The notes below the pieces were generated by a model. The model did no database searches. It worked only from the letters and a program-made list of their open reading frames with translations, and was not told the origin of the DNA. The translations under genes were made by a program, and so were the position numbers. Positions 23,987 through 35,840 of a stretch of 64,000 nt of DNA are shown here, piece after piece. The DNA comes from a virus, in IMG/VR virus record IMGVR_UViG_3300033512_000125, positions 11,363 through 75,362 of that record; one strand, written 5' to 3'. The first letter of the stretch is position 1. Each line of letters opens with the position of its first letter.

Positions 23987-25666
23987 ATGAATACAACTAA
24001 ATTTTCTAACATATTACTGGATAAATCACCTAAAAAAATAAATAATATTACAGAAAATGTAATTGATATTCTATTTAATATCAACGAGGTAGTAAGAGAA
24101 TTAAATTCTGTTGATTTTTGTAATCCTTTGGGATATATTTTAACAAAATCCTTACCTCCTGATGGTATTGTAGATCAAAAACTTAAAGATTATGGTAAAA
24201 GAATTACAAATTTTATAAATATTCAAACCACTAAAATTGAGAATATAAATAATACTGATGATTTAACTGATAATATTGAAGAAATTAGAATATTGTTAGA
24301 AGATATAATCCCAGATGAAGAATTAAAAAATATAATACCTGGTGGTGATGGGATTCTTAAAGTAATTCAAACATTAAATGATTCTTTAGTAGTAACAAAT
24401 ACATTATTTACTAATAATGATAAAAAATTATTAATAAAATCTTTTACAAACAGATTAATACCTTTATCAAATCCTATAAGTTTAACCGAATTATTAATAA
24501 AAAACCAATCTGAAAATTTAAATAAACAATTAAGAGGAATTATAAAACCGGAAAGATTTAGAAATGATCTATCTAAGTTAATTAAATTAATACTACAAGT
24601 AGATAAATCTATATCTAAAATTCAAAGTATCATTATTTTAATGAACAAAATAATAAAATCTATAAATGTATTAATAAAAATTACAAAATTAACAATATCT
24701 TTATTAAAAAAAATTCCAATACCTGCTAAATATGTTACAGTTGGAAATACCGTAACTTCATCTTCCAAAGTTTCAAAATCAGAAGCATTTATCTCAGATT
24801 TAGATAAATTATTAAACAGTGTTTCTATATTTTTATCTACCAATATTATAAAATCAATAAAAAGGATTAGAAATGAGATATTTACATTATTAATAGGATT
24901 AAACCAATTGTATGAAAATATAAAATCATGTGATTACTTACAAAATGATATTCTGGGAGACGAACTTCAAAATTTAATATTAAACCTAAATAATAATATA
25001 TTAATATTAGAAGAATTATTCCCAACTATTAAACCAACCAATGAATTAAATTCTATTTATAAAGGATTTAAAATTATAATCCTACAAGAAAAAACAACAG
25101 ATAATAATACAAAACTATTAAGAAAAAGAATAATTGTAACTAATTCCCAAGATATAATCGAATATGAAGGTACACCAACATATTCTAATAAGGACCAAAT
25201 ATTAATAAAAGAAGGACAATTTTATGTTGATTCTAAATTTGAACAAAACACATCAGATAATAAAAATAATAATATAACTGATGAAGAAACAAGTATATTA
25301 ATGAAACAAATAGGTATTGATGATAATACTATTCAAAAAGCATCACAAAAAGAAATAGAAGTGAATGAAATATTATATAATCAAATCCAAAATAATCCCG
25401 AAGATAAAAATCTATATAATTTATTAAATGGAGATGGTTCATCCTTGAATCCTAAAAGAGTAGAACAAATAAAAAGAATAATAAATTCATTAATTAAAAG
25501 TAATACCAATGTAAATTTAATCCAAAACCGTTTAAGTCGAATGTCTAAATCGTTATTAGAAAAAGGTTATAAATTAGAAGAAATTCAAGAAGCGTTCAGA
25601 TATCAATACTCGGAAAAATATAATATAAAAATAATAGATGGTAATATTACTATTAGTAAAAATTAA
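23987..25666 (+). CDS. hypothetical structural-region protein
   Basis: 559 aa helical, central amphipathic/hydrophobic segment. Confidence 0.65.
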   Translation: MNTTKFSNILLDKSPKKINNITENVIDILFNINEVVRELNSVDFCNPLGYILTKSLPPDGIVDQKLKDYGKRITNFINIQTTKIENINNTDDLTDNIEEIRILLEDIIPDEELKNIIPGGDGILKVIQTLNDSLVVTNTLFTNNDKKLLIKSFTNRLIPLSNPISLTELLIKNQSENLNKQLRGIIKPERFRNDLSKLIKLILQVDKSISKIQSIIILMNKIIKSINVLIKITKLTISLLKKIPIPAKYVTVGNTVTSSSKVSKSEAFISDLDKLLNSVSIFLSTNIIKSIKRIRNEIFTLLIGLNQLYENIKSCDYLQNDILGDELQNLILNLNNNILILEELFPTIKPTNELNSIYKGFKIIILQEKTTDNNTKLLRKRIIVTNSQDIIEYEGTPTYSNKDQILIKEGQFYVDSKFEQNTSDNKNNNITDEETSILMKQIGIDDNTIQKASQKEIEVNEILYNQIQNNPEDKNLYNLLNGDGSSLNPKRVEQIKRIINSLIKSNTNVNLIQNRLSRMSKSLLEKGYKLEEIQEAFRYQYSEKYNIKIIDGNITISKN

Positions 25667-25686
25667 AAATTAAAATATTTATAGTC

Positions 25687-26157
25687 ATGAAACTAAGCGA
25701 ATTAAAACAATTACTAGAACCATTGGTAAGAAAAATAGTAAAGGAAGAACTTAAAGAAATTCATAATACTTTATTAGAACAAAAAAAGATAACAGACCCA
25801 ATCAGAAAAGTAGGTGGTTTTACACCCCCTAATTACTCAGAAATTAATTCTCAACCTATTCCAAAAATAAATCATAATTCAGATCAATTAACTGGAGGTA
25901 ATCCTTTATTAAGTCTAATAAATGAGACAAAACAGACCATGACTGGGGATGATTGGACTAATTTAGGAAATTTTAATTCTGAAAATATAAATAATTTTCG
26001 AGGGTTTGTTCATGGAAATGAACCTGTTGTTGGAACGGTAGATGATATGTTGATGAAATCTTCAAAAAATACATATGATATAAACCAAGTAGAAATTGAT
26101 GTAGTTCCCAACTTTTCTCGAATAATGGGAGTAATGAAAGACCAAGGTAAAATATAA
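25687..26157 (+). CDS. hypothetical virion-associated protein
   Basis: MKLSELKQLL..IVKEE N-terminus; late motif. Confidence 0.6.
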   Translation: MKLSELKQLLEPLVRKIVKEELKEIHNTLLEQKKITDPIRKVGGFTPPNYSEINSQPIPKINHNSDQLTGGNPLLSLINETKQTMTGDDWTNLGNFNSENINNFRGFVHGNEPVVGTVDDMLMKSSKNTYDINQVEIDVVPNFSRIMGVMKDQGKI

Positions 26158-26558
26158 TGAATTATATAATCCAAAATATAAATAATAATAATTCTAAAGG
26201 TATAGGAATAAATATTCCATTTGGTGGTTCCACCGGTATTAATAATACTTTTAATACTAAAGATGCTACTAGAGCTAATCTATTAAACTTCTTATTAACG
26301 GGAAGGGGAGAAAGAATATTAAACACAACATTTGGCTCAGGAATAAGAGACCAAATTTTTGAAAATTTAGTCCAACATAATTTAGATAATATATATAATA
26401 TAATTTTTGATAATATTTTAAAATCATTTCCTAATATATTATTAGAAGAACTAAATATTATACCTAATGAGGATATGAATACTATAAATATATATTTAAA
26501 ATATTCAATAAAGAATACTAACATAACAGATGACATACAAATTAATATAAATCGATGA
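26157..26558 (+). CDS. baseplate wedge protein, gp25-like
   Basis: NLLNFLLTGRGERILNTTFGSGI. Confidence 0.8.
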   Translation: MNYIIQNINNNNSKGIGINIPFGGSTGINNTFNTKDATRANLLNFLLTGRGERILNTTFGSGIRDQIFENLVQHNLDNIYNIIFDNILKSFPNILLEELNIIPNEDMNTINIYLKYSIKNTNITDDIQININR

Positions 26559-28360
26559 ATACTAAAAATATACAATATTTAAATAAAGATTTCAACTCCT
26601 TTAAATCTAAATTAATAGATTTTGCAAAGACTTATTATCCTAACTCATATACCGATTTTTCAGAAAATTCACCAGGTATGATGCTTATAGAAATGGCTTC
26701 ATATGTGGGTGATGTATTATCATTATATCAAGATTCTCAAATCCAAGAAACCTTTCTTTCACATACAAAACAAAGAAAAAATTTACTAGCACAAGCATAT
26801 TTATATGGTTATACTCCCCAAGTAACATCGGTTTCAAACACAATAATTGATATATATCAAATTATACCATCAATAAATTTATCGGGTTCAATATACCCAG
26901 ATTATAATTATTCTTTAATAATTAATGAGGGTTCCCAAATCCAATCATCTCAAAACCAAAACCTTAAGTTTATAATTGAAGAAAAAATTGATTTCTCAAT
27001 ATCTAGTTCAAATGACATAACAGAAGTATCAGTGTATTCTTTAGATTCATTTCAACAACCTGAATATTTTTTATTAAAAAAACAAAGAAAAGCATATTCT
27101 GCTGATATTAAAACTACAGAGTTTATAATAAACTCTCCAGAAAAATTTAAAACTTTAGAATTAATAGATAATAAAATTATAAAAATATTAGAAATAAAAG
27201 ATTCTGATAATAATATATGGTATGAAGTTCCATATTTAGCCCAAGAAACTATATTCAATAAAATAGAATCCCCAACTTCTGATAATACTAAATATATATT
27301 AAAAACTAAAAAAGTACCAAGAAGATTTATCACCAGATTTAAAGAAAATAACAAAATCCAAATCCAATTCGGATCAGGTATATCTGAAGGTTCTGATGAA
27401 GAAATAATTCCTAACTCGGATAATATTGGTTTGGGTTTACCTTACGGGATAAATAAATTAAATGTGTATTATGATCCCTCCAACTTTATGTATACTAATA
27501 CATATGGGATTTCACCCTCTAACACTACATTAACTGTAAAATATTTAGTAGGAGGAGGAATAGAATCTAATACCCCCTCCAATACTTTAAATATTTTAAG
27601 TTCTGGGGATATTTTATTGAAAGGGGATGTGGATCCTTTGATATCTCCAATAGTGATAAACTCCTTATCTTTTAATAATGAATCACCTGCTGTGGGGGGT
27701 GGAGATGGAGATAATAATGATAATTTGAAATTAAATATATTATCCTCTTTTCCCACACAAAATAGAGCTGTTACATTAGAAGATTATATAATAAGAAGTA
27801 AATCTCTTCCATCAGAATTTGGAATTATAAGTAAATGTTTTATATCTAAAGATACTATAGATAGTAATTTATTATCATTATATATTTTATCTAAAAATAA
27901 TACTAATAATTTATCTATAGCGGATAATATATTGAAAAATAATTTAAAATTATATTTAAATGAATATAAGTTATTAACAGATGCTATTAATATAAAAGAT
28001 GCCTTTATAATTAATATTGGTATTAATTTTGATATTGTTGTAAAACCAAATTATAACAATAAATTAATTATAAGTAATTGTATAAATAAATTAATAAATT
28101 ATTTTTCAATAGATAAGTGGGAGATAAATCAACCTATAGTGATCTCTGATATTTTTACTTTTTTAGATAATATAGAGGGTGTTCAAACGGTAAAAAATAT
28201 TGAAATTATTAATAAGAGTGGAGAGATTAATAACTATTCTAAATATTCATATGATATAAAAAATGCTACTATGAATAATATTATATACCCATCATTAGAT
28301 CCTAGTATATTTGAATTAAAATCTATTGATGATATAAAAGGCAGATCTGTTAGTTTTTAA
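26555..28360 (+). CDS. baseplate wedge protein, gp6-like
   Basis: YLNKDFNSFKSKLIDFAKTYYPNSYTDFSENSPGMMLIEMASYVGDVLS; QNRAVTLEDY. Confidence 0.85.
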   Translation: MNTKNIQYLNKDFNSFKSKLIDFAKTYYPNSYTDFSENSPGMMLIEMASYVGDVLSLYQDSQIQETFLSHTKQRKNLLAQAYLYGYTPQVTSVSNTIIDIYQIIPSINLSGSIYPDYNYSLIINEGSQIQSSQNQNLKFIIEEKIDFSISSSNDITEVSVYSLDSFQQPEYFLLKKQRKAYSADIKTTEFIINSPEKFKTLELIDNKIIKILEIKDSDNNIWYEVPYLAQETIFNKIESPTSDNTKYILKTKKVPRRFITRFKENNKIQIQFGSGISEGSDEEIIPNSDNIGLGLPYGINKLNVYYDPSNFMYTNTYGISPSNTTLTVKYLVGGGIESNTPSNTLNILSSGDILLKGDVDPLISPIVINSLSFNNESPAVGGGDGDNNDNLKLNILSSFPTQNRAVTLEDYIIRSKSLPSEFGIISKCFISKDTIDSNLLSLYILSKNNTNNLSIADNILKNNLKLYLNEYKLLTDAINIKDAFIINIGINFDIVVKPNYNNKLIISNCINKLINYFSIDKWEINQPIVISDIFTFLDNIEGVQTVKNIEIINKSGEINNYSKYSYDIKNATMNNIIYPSLDPSIFELKSIDDIKGRSVSF

Positions 28361-28394
28361 AATATAAATATTTATGGTTATATAAATATATAAT

Positions 28395-29408
28395 ATGGCC
28401 GTATTTAAAATATTCCCAACCAAAGACAACTTCATTTCCCAAGGTTATTCTACTAATAACTATGGGAGAGATGAGATATTAGAAATATCATCAGAAATAA
28501 ATAATATAAAAAGAATATTAATATTATTTCCACAGGATGAAATATTAGATATTATTAATAATATTCCATCTAATGAATATTCCTCTAGTCTAAAACTATA
28601 TTTAGCTAATTCTAATAATCTAAGTGAAAATTATGATGTGTTCATATATCCTTTATCACAAAGTTGGGTTATGGGAACTGGAAGGAGTGGAGATGAACCC
28701 AATCCTAAGAATGGTAGTTGTTGGGATTCACCAGATATAAATAATTCAGGGAGTTGGGATTATTGGAGTGCTATGCCTAATGAGTATAAAATTTCCCAAT
28801 CTTTTAATTATAATTCTTCAAAAGATATAAATATTGATATAAAACCTATTATAGACGGGTGGGTAACCAGTTCAATAGATAATAATGGGTTATTATTAAA
28901 ATTTCCATCTCTTATAGAAAGTTCATCTAATAATCAATCTATATCTTTTTTCTCAATAGATACCCACACAATTTACCCCCCAGTATTAGAAATAAAATGG
29001 AATGATGTTTTATATAGTTCATCATTATCCCAAATTACTTCTGATTTCCACCTTGTTTTAAAAAACATCAAAAAAGAATTTCAACAATCAGAAATATATA
29101 AATTTAAAATACACGCAAGAGATGAATATCCTATTAGGAATTTCCAAACATCTTCATTATATTTGGATAAGAAAATTCTACCTGAAGAATCATATTGGTC
29201 TTTAAAAGATGTTAAAACAGAAGAAATTATTATAGATTTTGATTTAATTGGTACTAAAATAGGTGCCGATGATAATGGAAATTATTTTAACATAAATTTT
29301 AATGGTATACAACCGGAACGTTATTATCAATTAATTTTTAAAATAATAATTAATGGAGAGATAATAATAATAGATGATAAAAGTAATTATTTTAAAGTAA
29401 TAAGATAA
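28395..29408 (+). CDS. putative virion structural protein
   Basis: Beta-rich; FSIDTHTIYPPVLEIKWND; context. Confidence 0.55.
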   Translation: MAVFKIFPTKDNFISQGYSTNNYGRDEILEISSEINNIKRILILFPQDEILDIINNIPSNEYSSSLKLYLANSNNLSENYDVFIYPLSQSWVMGTGRSGDEPNPKNGSCWDSPDINNSGSWDYWSAMPNEYKISQSFNYNSSKDINIDIKPIIDGWVTSSIDNNGLLLKFPSLIESSSNNQSISFFSIDTHTIYPPVLEIKWNDVLYSSSLSQITSDFHLVLKNIKKEFQQSEIYKFKIHARDEYPIRNFQTSSLYLDKKILPEESYWSLKDVKTEEIIIDFDLIGTKIGADDNGNYFNINFNGIQPERYYQLIFKIIINGEIIIIDDKSNYFKVIR

Positions 29409-29737
29409 TGAGTGTTGTAAATCTAAAAAAAATATCATTTGATAAAAATAAATATCCTAATATAATTGATGTAAATTTTAATCAATTATTTAATAATAAT
29501 GGGGAAGAAACCAACCTGGTTACTGTTGATGAATTTTTCCAAATTTATGATAATATATTTTATTCAATACCAATAGAAGGAGAGTTTAATTCCCATAAAG
29601 AATTAATTAAAAGATCTACAGAATATGTAGGTGAAACTCAAAATACAGAAGAAATAGATTTACTTCTGGAAGAAATAAACCAATTAAGATTAGATTTATT
29701 AGAATCTAGACAAATAATAGAAGACTTAACTAAATAA
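29408..29737 (+). CDS. hypothetical structural-region protein
   Basis: 109 aa, C-terminal coiled coil. Confidence 0.6.
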   Translation: MSVVNLKKISFDKNKYPNIIDVNFNQLFNNNGEETNLVTVDEFFQIYDNIFYSIPIEGEFNSHKELIKRSTEYVGETQNTEEIDLLLEEINQLRLDLLESRQIIEDLTK

Positions 29738-29739
29738 TA

Positions 29740-32700
29740 ATGGAAACATTCCAACTAGAAACATTACCTCCAGATCAATATATTATTCAAGATTATTCTG
29801 ATAAAGATATAAATTTATTGGAACCTATTCAATTAAATAAAGAATTTGGTTTATCTCAAGATGGAATTGAGATGATTATTTTCAATTCTAATGGAGATAT
29901 ACTTGATGTTAATTATAACCATACTGATTTTAAAAATATTGGGAATATTAATAATACTAGTTTATATAATTCTGTATCCTTAGATCCTGAAAATGATTTA
30001 TTGAAATTTGGTTATTCTGATGGACAATTTGATGTGTTATATACTTTTTATAGAAATTTATTTTCTAGTTCTTTTAACCAAAAATTTTATATAAAAGAAA
30101 TATCATTAGATAGAAAAGAAATAAAAATTATAAATCCTAATATAGATTATTTGGATTTGCAAAAACAATTCATTGATTATATTTCTATAAAGAATACCAA
30201 CACCTTTTATTATGATTTTGAAATAAATTTTGGGGATAATAATAAATATATAGGTGTTAATATAGCATTAGATAATACTAATACCATAGAACCAGGATTA
30301 TATATTAAATTATATGAACCTCTACCCACAGATTTTAATCCTAAAGATACATTGTGGTTAAATGAAATATTATCTGAGCCTGTATCATATAGGTTAAATA
30401 AAACTTTTACTTTTAACGAACAATTAGGAGTAGAAACTATTAAAGGACCAAATTTTAATATAGATATAAACCAATCTATATCAACATCAACACCATATTT
30501 AAATATTTCTAATATAGTTAGTGGTAATTTCTCATCTTCATTAAACCAATTAGAATCCCATACAAATAACATAAATATAAATATAGATTATGGTAATTTT
30601 AACGATTTTATCCATTTCTCATCAGCTAAAGAAAGATTAGAAAACTTTATTTACAAAATCACCCAAATCCAAAACCTTGAAAACGATATATTACTACTAT
30701 CAGAAATAACAGGTTCTAATATTATAAGTGGTTCTATAATAAATATAAATAATAAAAAAAACGAAATTATTAAAAACCTAGATGGTTATGAATATTATTT
30801 ATATTATACATCAGGTTCTAATAATTACCCAAAATCCGGTTCCCAAAACTTACCATATAATTCATCTCAAGTATTAGAATGGTTAGGTTCAGATGATATA
30901 CAAAATAATTATTATGGGGGGAAAATTCTAGAAGCTAGTAATTATGATATCGAAAACAGAGATTATTTATGGAATAATCTCCCAGATTATATAAAGTTTG
31001 ATGAACAAAATGAATCCTTAAAGTTATTTATATCTATGTTAGGACAACATTTTGATTATTTATGGACATATTCCAAAGATATCACTAATAAAAATATAAA
31101 TGATAATAGATTAACATCTGGGATTTCAAAAGATCTTGTGGCAGATGCTTTACAATCTTTAGGAATAAAATTATATACAAATTCACAAAATAAAAATGAT
31201 ATATTTTCTTCATTTCTAGAAAATAATTATTATAATACTGGTTCTATGGTATTAGATAATTACATAACATCATCTAATATTATTCCTTCAAATGATATAC
31301 AAAAAGAAGTATATAAAAGATTATATCACAATATTCCTTATCTTTTAAAATCAAAAGGAACTAAAAAAGGATTAAGAGCATTAATAAATTGTTTTGGTAT
31401 ACCTGATACAATATTGAGGATAAAAGAATATGGAGGGAATATAAAAGAATTAGATATAACAGAAAATCAAATTGAAAAATTTAATTATTCATTAACATTA
31501 TCAAATTCTGATGCTATATACATTCCATTTTATCCATCATATAAACAATATAATGATACTGGATATGATGATATATATCCTGATTCTTTAGAATTTAGAT
31601 TTAAATTAAACAGAAATATATCAACTCAATCATTATTAGAAAGTAATAATAATGATAAAATAATAAAAATAAATGCAAATACAGGTTCATTAGTCGATAT
31701 TAATTTCGGTTTAAGTGATGGTAGTGATTGGATATTCTCAGAAAATATTACTTTACCTCTATTTAATGATGATTGGTGGAATATTTCTCTATCTAGAGAA
31801 ACAGGAAGTTTAAGAGCTAATAATAATAATTATAACCAAAAATACACATTAATTGTAGGGAATAAAAATAATAATGGGATTGAATATATTGAATCAAAAT
31901 CTATAATAATTGATGGAACAACATCCAGTTCTTATAATAATTCTTGGAGTAATTATGATAATTTATTTTTTGGTGGTATTAATGGTAATTATCCATTATT
32001 TGCAGAAATTCAAGAATTTAGATATTGGATTAATGATATTCCATTACAAGATTTTAAAAACCATATATTAAACCCTAGATCAATTTCCCTAAAAAACCCA
32101 ACAAGTTCATATGATAATTTAATATTTAGAATACCTTTTGGAAGCGAATTAAATAATACAATCCAAAACCAATATATATCAATCCACCCATCAGATTCCC
32201 CAACTTTTATATCAGGAGGTATTACTTCTTCAAATGTTATTGTATCTGATTCTCAAAGTATCTCCTATTCCCCAAATTATGAAATATTTCAAATAAATTC
32301 ACCTAATAATGGGTTATATGTTGAATCTAACGAAAAAATAAAAATATTAAATAATAATATATTAACGGATAATGTTTTATCTAAAGATGTTTCTATAATT
32401 TTACCATCAATTAATCAAATAGAGAATTCTTCCAATATCGAAGTTTCCTTTTCACCAACAGATATAGTAAATGATGATATAATAGATCAACTAGGAAATT
32501 TTAATATTGATGATTATATAGGTGACCCTTTAGACAAAAATAAAACATTATATCCTGATTTAGAAAAATTAAAAAGAGATTATTATAAAAAATATTTAAA
32601 TAACCAAACAACAATAGGTTTAATTCAACTTTTATCATCTTTTGATAATTCATTATTTAAAATGATAAAAGATTTTATACCAGCAAAGGCTAACCCATCA

Positions 32701-35142
32701 ACAGGTTTAGTAATAAAATCTAATATATTAGATAGAAATAAAATAGAAATATTTGAACCTACAGCAACTTATGAAAATTATAATTGTGATATAAAAACGG
32801 CATTTATTTCTGGGGGAAATCCATTAGATAGTGTTTTATTATTCAATAATACTACATCATATTCTACACCAAACGGGAATATAAATATAATAAATAATGA
32901 TAACAAGGAAATATATAATGGAGAAATAAAAGGTAGTAATATAACAATCCATTCCCAATCACAAAATAATATAATATATGAAATAAATAAATTACCGGAA
33001 AATAATCACACTAATATTAATAAAATAATTTTAAACCCAATTCTTAATAATATTGATGATTATCCTAAAAATAAAAAACTACTTAATATAGAATATGGAC
33101 ATGATATAAATACTCCATCTAATATAAATTATATTACATCTTCACTAATAGATGGGGATGATAATAAGATACTATACTCAGGAGTTCAAAGCACTAATTA
33201 CACCTTAACTAGATTCACATCACCAAGATTTTCAGGATGTAAAATGATATCTAAAGAATATAATATATTTAATAAAGGAGATATATCATACGGGAGTCAA
33301 CCAGTAATAGATTATAACAAAATAAAATTTGCATATTTTGAAGAAATAACTTCACAATCATTAACATTTCCAGATAGAAGTAATGTATATATTAAATATT
33401 TGATTGATAAAGATTCTAATATAACTGAATTATCTAAACAAAATAAATCTATATTCGATATTCAATCTATATTTAATGTGGATAAAGTAGATATAATCCT
33501 TGATAATAATCAATCTCCAAGTAAACAAAAACAACTAGATGGATTATCTGAAGTATTTGCAGGGGGGTACAAATTTCTCCCAATTTTACAAAATCTAACC
33601 ACAAATATCACAACAACAAATACTATAGATTTTGTTTTCGAGAATGATATAGCTATATTAAATAATAATACATCATCAATAATTCAGAATTTACCAAACA
33701 ATAGTCTATTATTTGGTGCCCCTTTTTATGAAGGAAGCCTTTCATTTCCTAATACCTCTAATTCTAATTTAATTTATAATAATAATTTTAAAATTAAATT
33801 CCCTGTAACAAGAAATACTCCATATCCGGGAGAGATAAGACAAAAAATAATAGGTACTTTGAAATTAAAAATAGAAGTATCCCCTTTCTCAAATTTTATA
33901 ACAAAATTTTATAATAGCAATAATGGAACTGGGGTATCCAAAGATGTAGTAGGAATATATGAAAATCCATGGCTTATAGCAAGTTCCCCAGATGATCCAT
34001 TATTTGATTCTGCAAATGGTATTAGATCTATTTTAGTACCTAGTGGTTCTCAAGTTATAATAGGTAATAGTATAGATCCTGTAACATATGTAACAATATA
34101 TAATACTCCTGGGTTAAAAACTACAACTCCACATCCTAATAATTACCCATTATGTCTTTGTAATGCTGGTGTCGATTATGTTAAAATAATAGCAAATAGT
34201 ATAACAGGTTCTTACACTTTAAATAGTTATCAAAATGATTTTGGGGGTGTTCCAACCACAGATTTATTAACACCAACCTTCCCATTAGAAGACCAAAAAT
34301 TTATTACTTTAACTTTTAATATAAATGGAGAGATAATAATTCCGGATGGAAGCACAACAGGTGATTTCTACCTTTTAAAACCAAACACAAATATTCCTGG
34401 GGTAATACAAACTAATATTAAAATCCAAGGAATTGGGGGGAATGTGAAAAATAGTATTCCAACAGAATTAATATATAGTGGATTGTCATTGAATAGTAGT
34501 TCATACTTTTTCACAAACCCTCCAGAATTTATTTACCAAACAGGTTCCTCAGATTATGGGTTTAATTCCGGTTCTTCTCCATCAAATAATTGGTATTTTG
34601 AAAGAGTAAACAGTATAGATAGTGGTAGCTTTTATAACAAATTAATAAGTTCATATTATTTATCCAAAATAATTTATGAGCAATCTAACAACTCAATAAT
34701 ACAATCATCACCAGATATGGTTCCATCAGGATATGAATCGGTTGAAGATTATCTTAATATTAAAGTTGGAGATTTAATAAGATTTTGGAATCATGATAAA
34801 AATTCTTTTCCAAAAAATTTTGAAAATGAAATAAAAAATATTATATTACCATTATCTGAACCATCAACTGGTTCTTATGATAATAGATTTATCATTGAAA
34901 TGAAAAATGAAATCCCAAACCAAGCATGTTTGGATTATTTTGAAAGTGGTAGTTTATCTAAAAAAATTCAAAATTTTATATTTTTGAATAAACAGGAAGA
35001 TGAAACTAATATTATAATCAATAAACCAAAAAGAGAAGGAGAAACATCATCAGGTATTATATTACCTTTTAATATAGATAAACAAACAAAAAATAACGCA
35101 GGTAATATAATTAAACAATTAAAAAATCAAAATTTAATTTAA
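29740..35142 (+). CDS. large baseplate/tail structural protein (1800 aa)
   Basis: KRLYHNIPYLLKSKGTKKGLRALINCFGIP wedge-like motif, LamG-like central region. Confidence 0.7.
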   Translation: METFQLETLPPDQYIIQDYSDKDINLLEPIQLNKEFGLSQDGIEMIIFNSNGDILDVNYNHTDFKNIGNINNTSLYNSVSLDPENDLLKFGYSDGQFDVLYTFYRNLFSSSFNQKFYIKEISLDRKEIKIINPNIDYLDLQKQFIDYISIKNTNTFYYDFEINFGDNNKYIGVNIALDNTNTIEPGLYIKLYEPLPTDFNPKDTLWLNEILSEPVSYRLNKTFTFNEQLGVETIKGPNFNIDINQSISTSTPYLNISNIVSGNFSSSLNQLESHTNNININIDYGNFNDFIHFSSAKERLENFIYKITQIQNLENDILLLSEITGSNIISGSIININNKKNEIIKNLDGYEYYLYYTSGSNNYPKSGSQNLPYNSSQVLEWLGSDDIQNNYYGGKILEASNYDIENRDYLWNNLPDYIKFDEQNESLKLFISMLGQHFDYLWTYSKDITNKNINDNRLTSGISKDLVADALQSLGIKLYTNSQNKNDIFSSFLENNYYNTGSMVLDNYITSSNIIPSNDIQKEVYKRLYHNIPYLLKSKGTKKGLRALINCFGIPDTILRIKEYGGNIKELDITENQIEKFNYSLTLSNSDAIYIPFYPSYKQYNDTGYDDIYPDSLEFRFKLNRNISTQSLLESNNNDKIIKINANTGSLVDINFGLSDGSDWIFSENITLPLFNDDWWNISLSRETGSLRANNNNYNQKYTLIVGNKNNNGIEYIESKSIIIDGTTSSSYNNSWSNYDNLFFGGINGNYPLFAEIQEFRYWINDIPLQDFKNHILNPRSISLKNPTSSYDNLIFRIPFGSELNNTIQNQYISIHPSDSPTFISGGITSSNVIVSDSQSISYSPNYEIFQINSPNNGLYVESNEKIKILNNNILTDNVLSKDVSIILPSINQIENSSNIEVSFSPTDIVNDDIIDQLGNFNIDDYIGDPLDKNKTLYPDLEKLKRDYYKKYLNNQTTIGLIQLLSSFDNSLFKMIKDFIPAKANPSTGLVIKSNILDRNKIEIFEPTATYENYNCDIKTAFISGGNPLDSVLLFNNTTSYSTPNGNINIINNDNKEIYNGEIKGSNITIHSQSQNNIIYEINKLPENNHTNINKIILNPILNNIDDYPKNKKLLNIEYGHDINTPSNINYITSSLIDGDDNKILYSGVQSTNYTLTRFTSPRFSGCKMISKEYNIFNKGDISYGSQPVIDYNKIKFAYFEEITSQSLTFPDRSNVYIKYLIDKDSNITELSKQNKSIFDIQSIFNVDKVDIILDNNQSPSKQKQLDGLSEVFAGGYKFLPILQNLTTNITTTNTIDFVFENDIAILNNNTSSIIQNLPNNSLLFGAPFYEGSLSFPNTSNSNLIYNNNFKIKFPVTRNTPYPGEIRQKIIGTLKLKIEVSPFSNFITKFYNSNNGTGVSKDVVGIYENPWLIASSPDDPLFDSANGIRSILVPSGSQVIIGNSIDPVTYVTIYNTPGLKTTTPHPNNYPLCLCNAGVDYVKIIANSITGSYTLNSYQNDFGGVPTTDLLTPTFPLEDQKFITLTFNINGEIIIPDGSTTGDFYLLKPNTNIPGVIQTNIKIQGIGGNVKNSIPTELIYSGLSLNSSSYFFTNPPEFIYQTGSSDYGFNSGSSPSNNWYFERVNSIDSGSFYNKLISSYYLSKIIYEQSNNSIIQSSPDMVPSGYESVEDYLNIKVGDLIRFWNHDKNSFPKNFENEIKNIILPLSEPSTGSYDNRFIIEMKNEIPNQACLDYFESGSLSKKIQNFIFLNKQEDETNIIINKPKREGETSSGIILPFNIDKQTKNNAGNIIKQLKNQNLI

Positions 35143-35177
35143 GAATATATATTTATAATAGAATAAAAAAATAAAAA

Positions 35178-35837
35178 ATGGGATATTTAAATAATACAAC
35201 AGTATCAATAGATGCTATTTTAACAAAAAAAGGTAGAGAGCTCTTAGCGAAAAATGATGGTTCTTTCAAAATAACACAATTCGCATTATCTGATGATGAA
35301 ATTGATTATACATTATATAACCCAGAACATCCATCTGGTTCTGCTTTTTTTGGGGAAGCTATTGAAGCTATGCCAATATTAGAAGCATTCCCTGATGAAA
35401 CTCAAATGGTTAAATATAAATTAATAACATTACCTAGAGGTACAGCTAAAATTCCTATATTAGATGTTGGATATACATCAATTTCAATAAGACAAGGTTC
35501 ATCTTTATCTATTACCCCTCAAACATTAAATTATTTAGGAGCCGCATCTACTTTTGAATCATCAGGATACACATTTACTATAGGAGATTCCAGACTATTA
35601 TCTAATTTTGAAGGATTAGGAATAACAACCCCAACCGTATCTCAACAAAATTCTACATCAACTACTGGAACTAATGTTTCTAAAACAGTTATAGGAACAG
35701 TATTAAATATAACAGGAACTACAATAAATACATTATTTGGTTCACAAACTTCTATATCTACTACACTTACTATAGTTGGAAGAGATTCAGGAAGTAGAAT
35801 AATAATCCCAATAACATTAACAAAAAATAATAATTAA
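35178..35837 (+). CDS. virion structural protein
   Basis: MGYLNNTTVSIDAILTKKGRELLA, FALSDDEIDY; late motif at 35149. Confidence 0.65.
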   Translation: MGYLNNTTVSIDAILTKKGRELLAKNDGSFKITQFALSDDEIDYTLYNPEHPSGSAFFGEAIEAMPILEAFPDETQMVKYKLITLPRGTAKIPILDVGYTSISIRQGSSLSITPQTLNYLGAASTFESSGYTFTIGDSRLLSNFEGLGITTPTVSQQNSTSTTGTNVSKTVIGTVLNITGTTINTLFGSQTSISTTLTIVGRDSGSRIIIPITLTKNNN

Positions 35838-35840
35838 GAC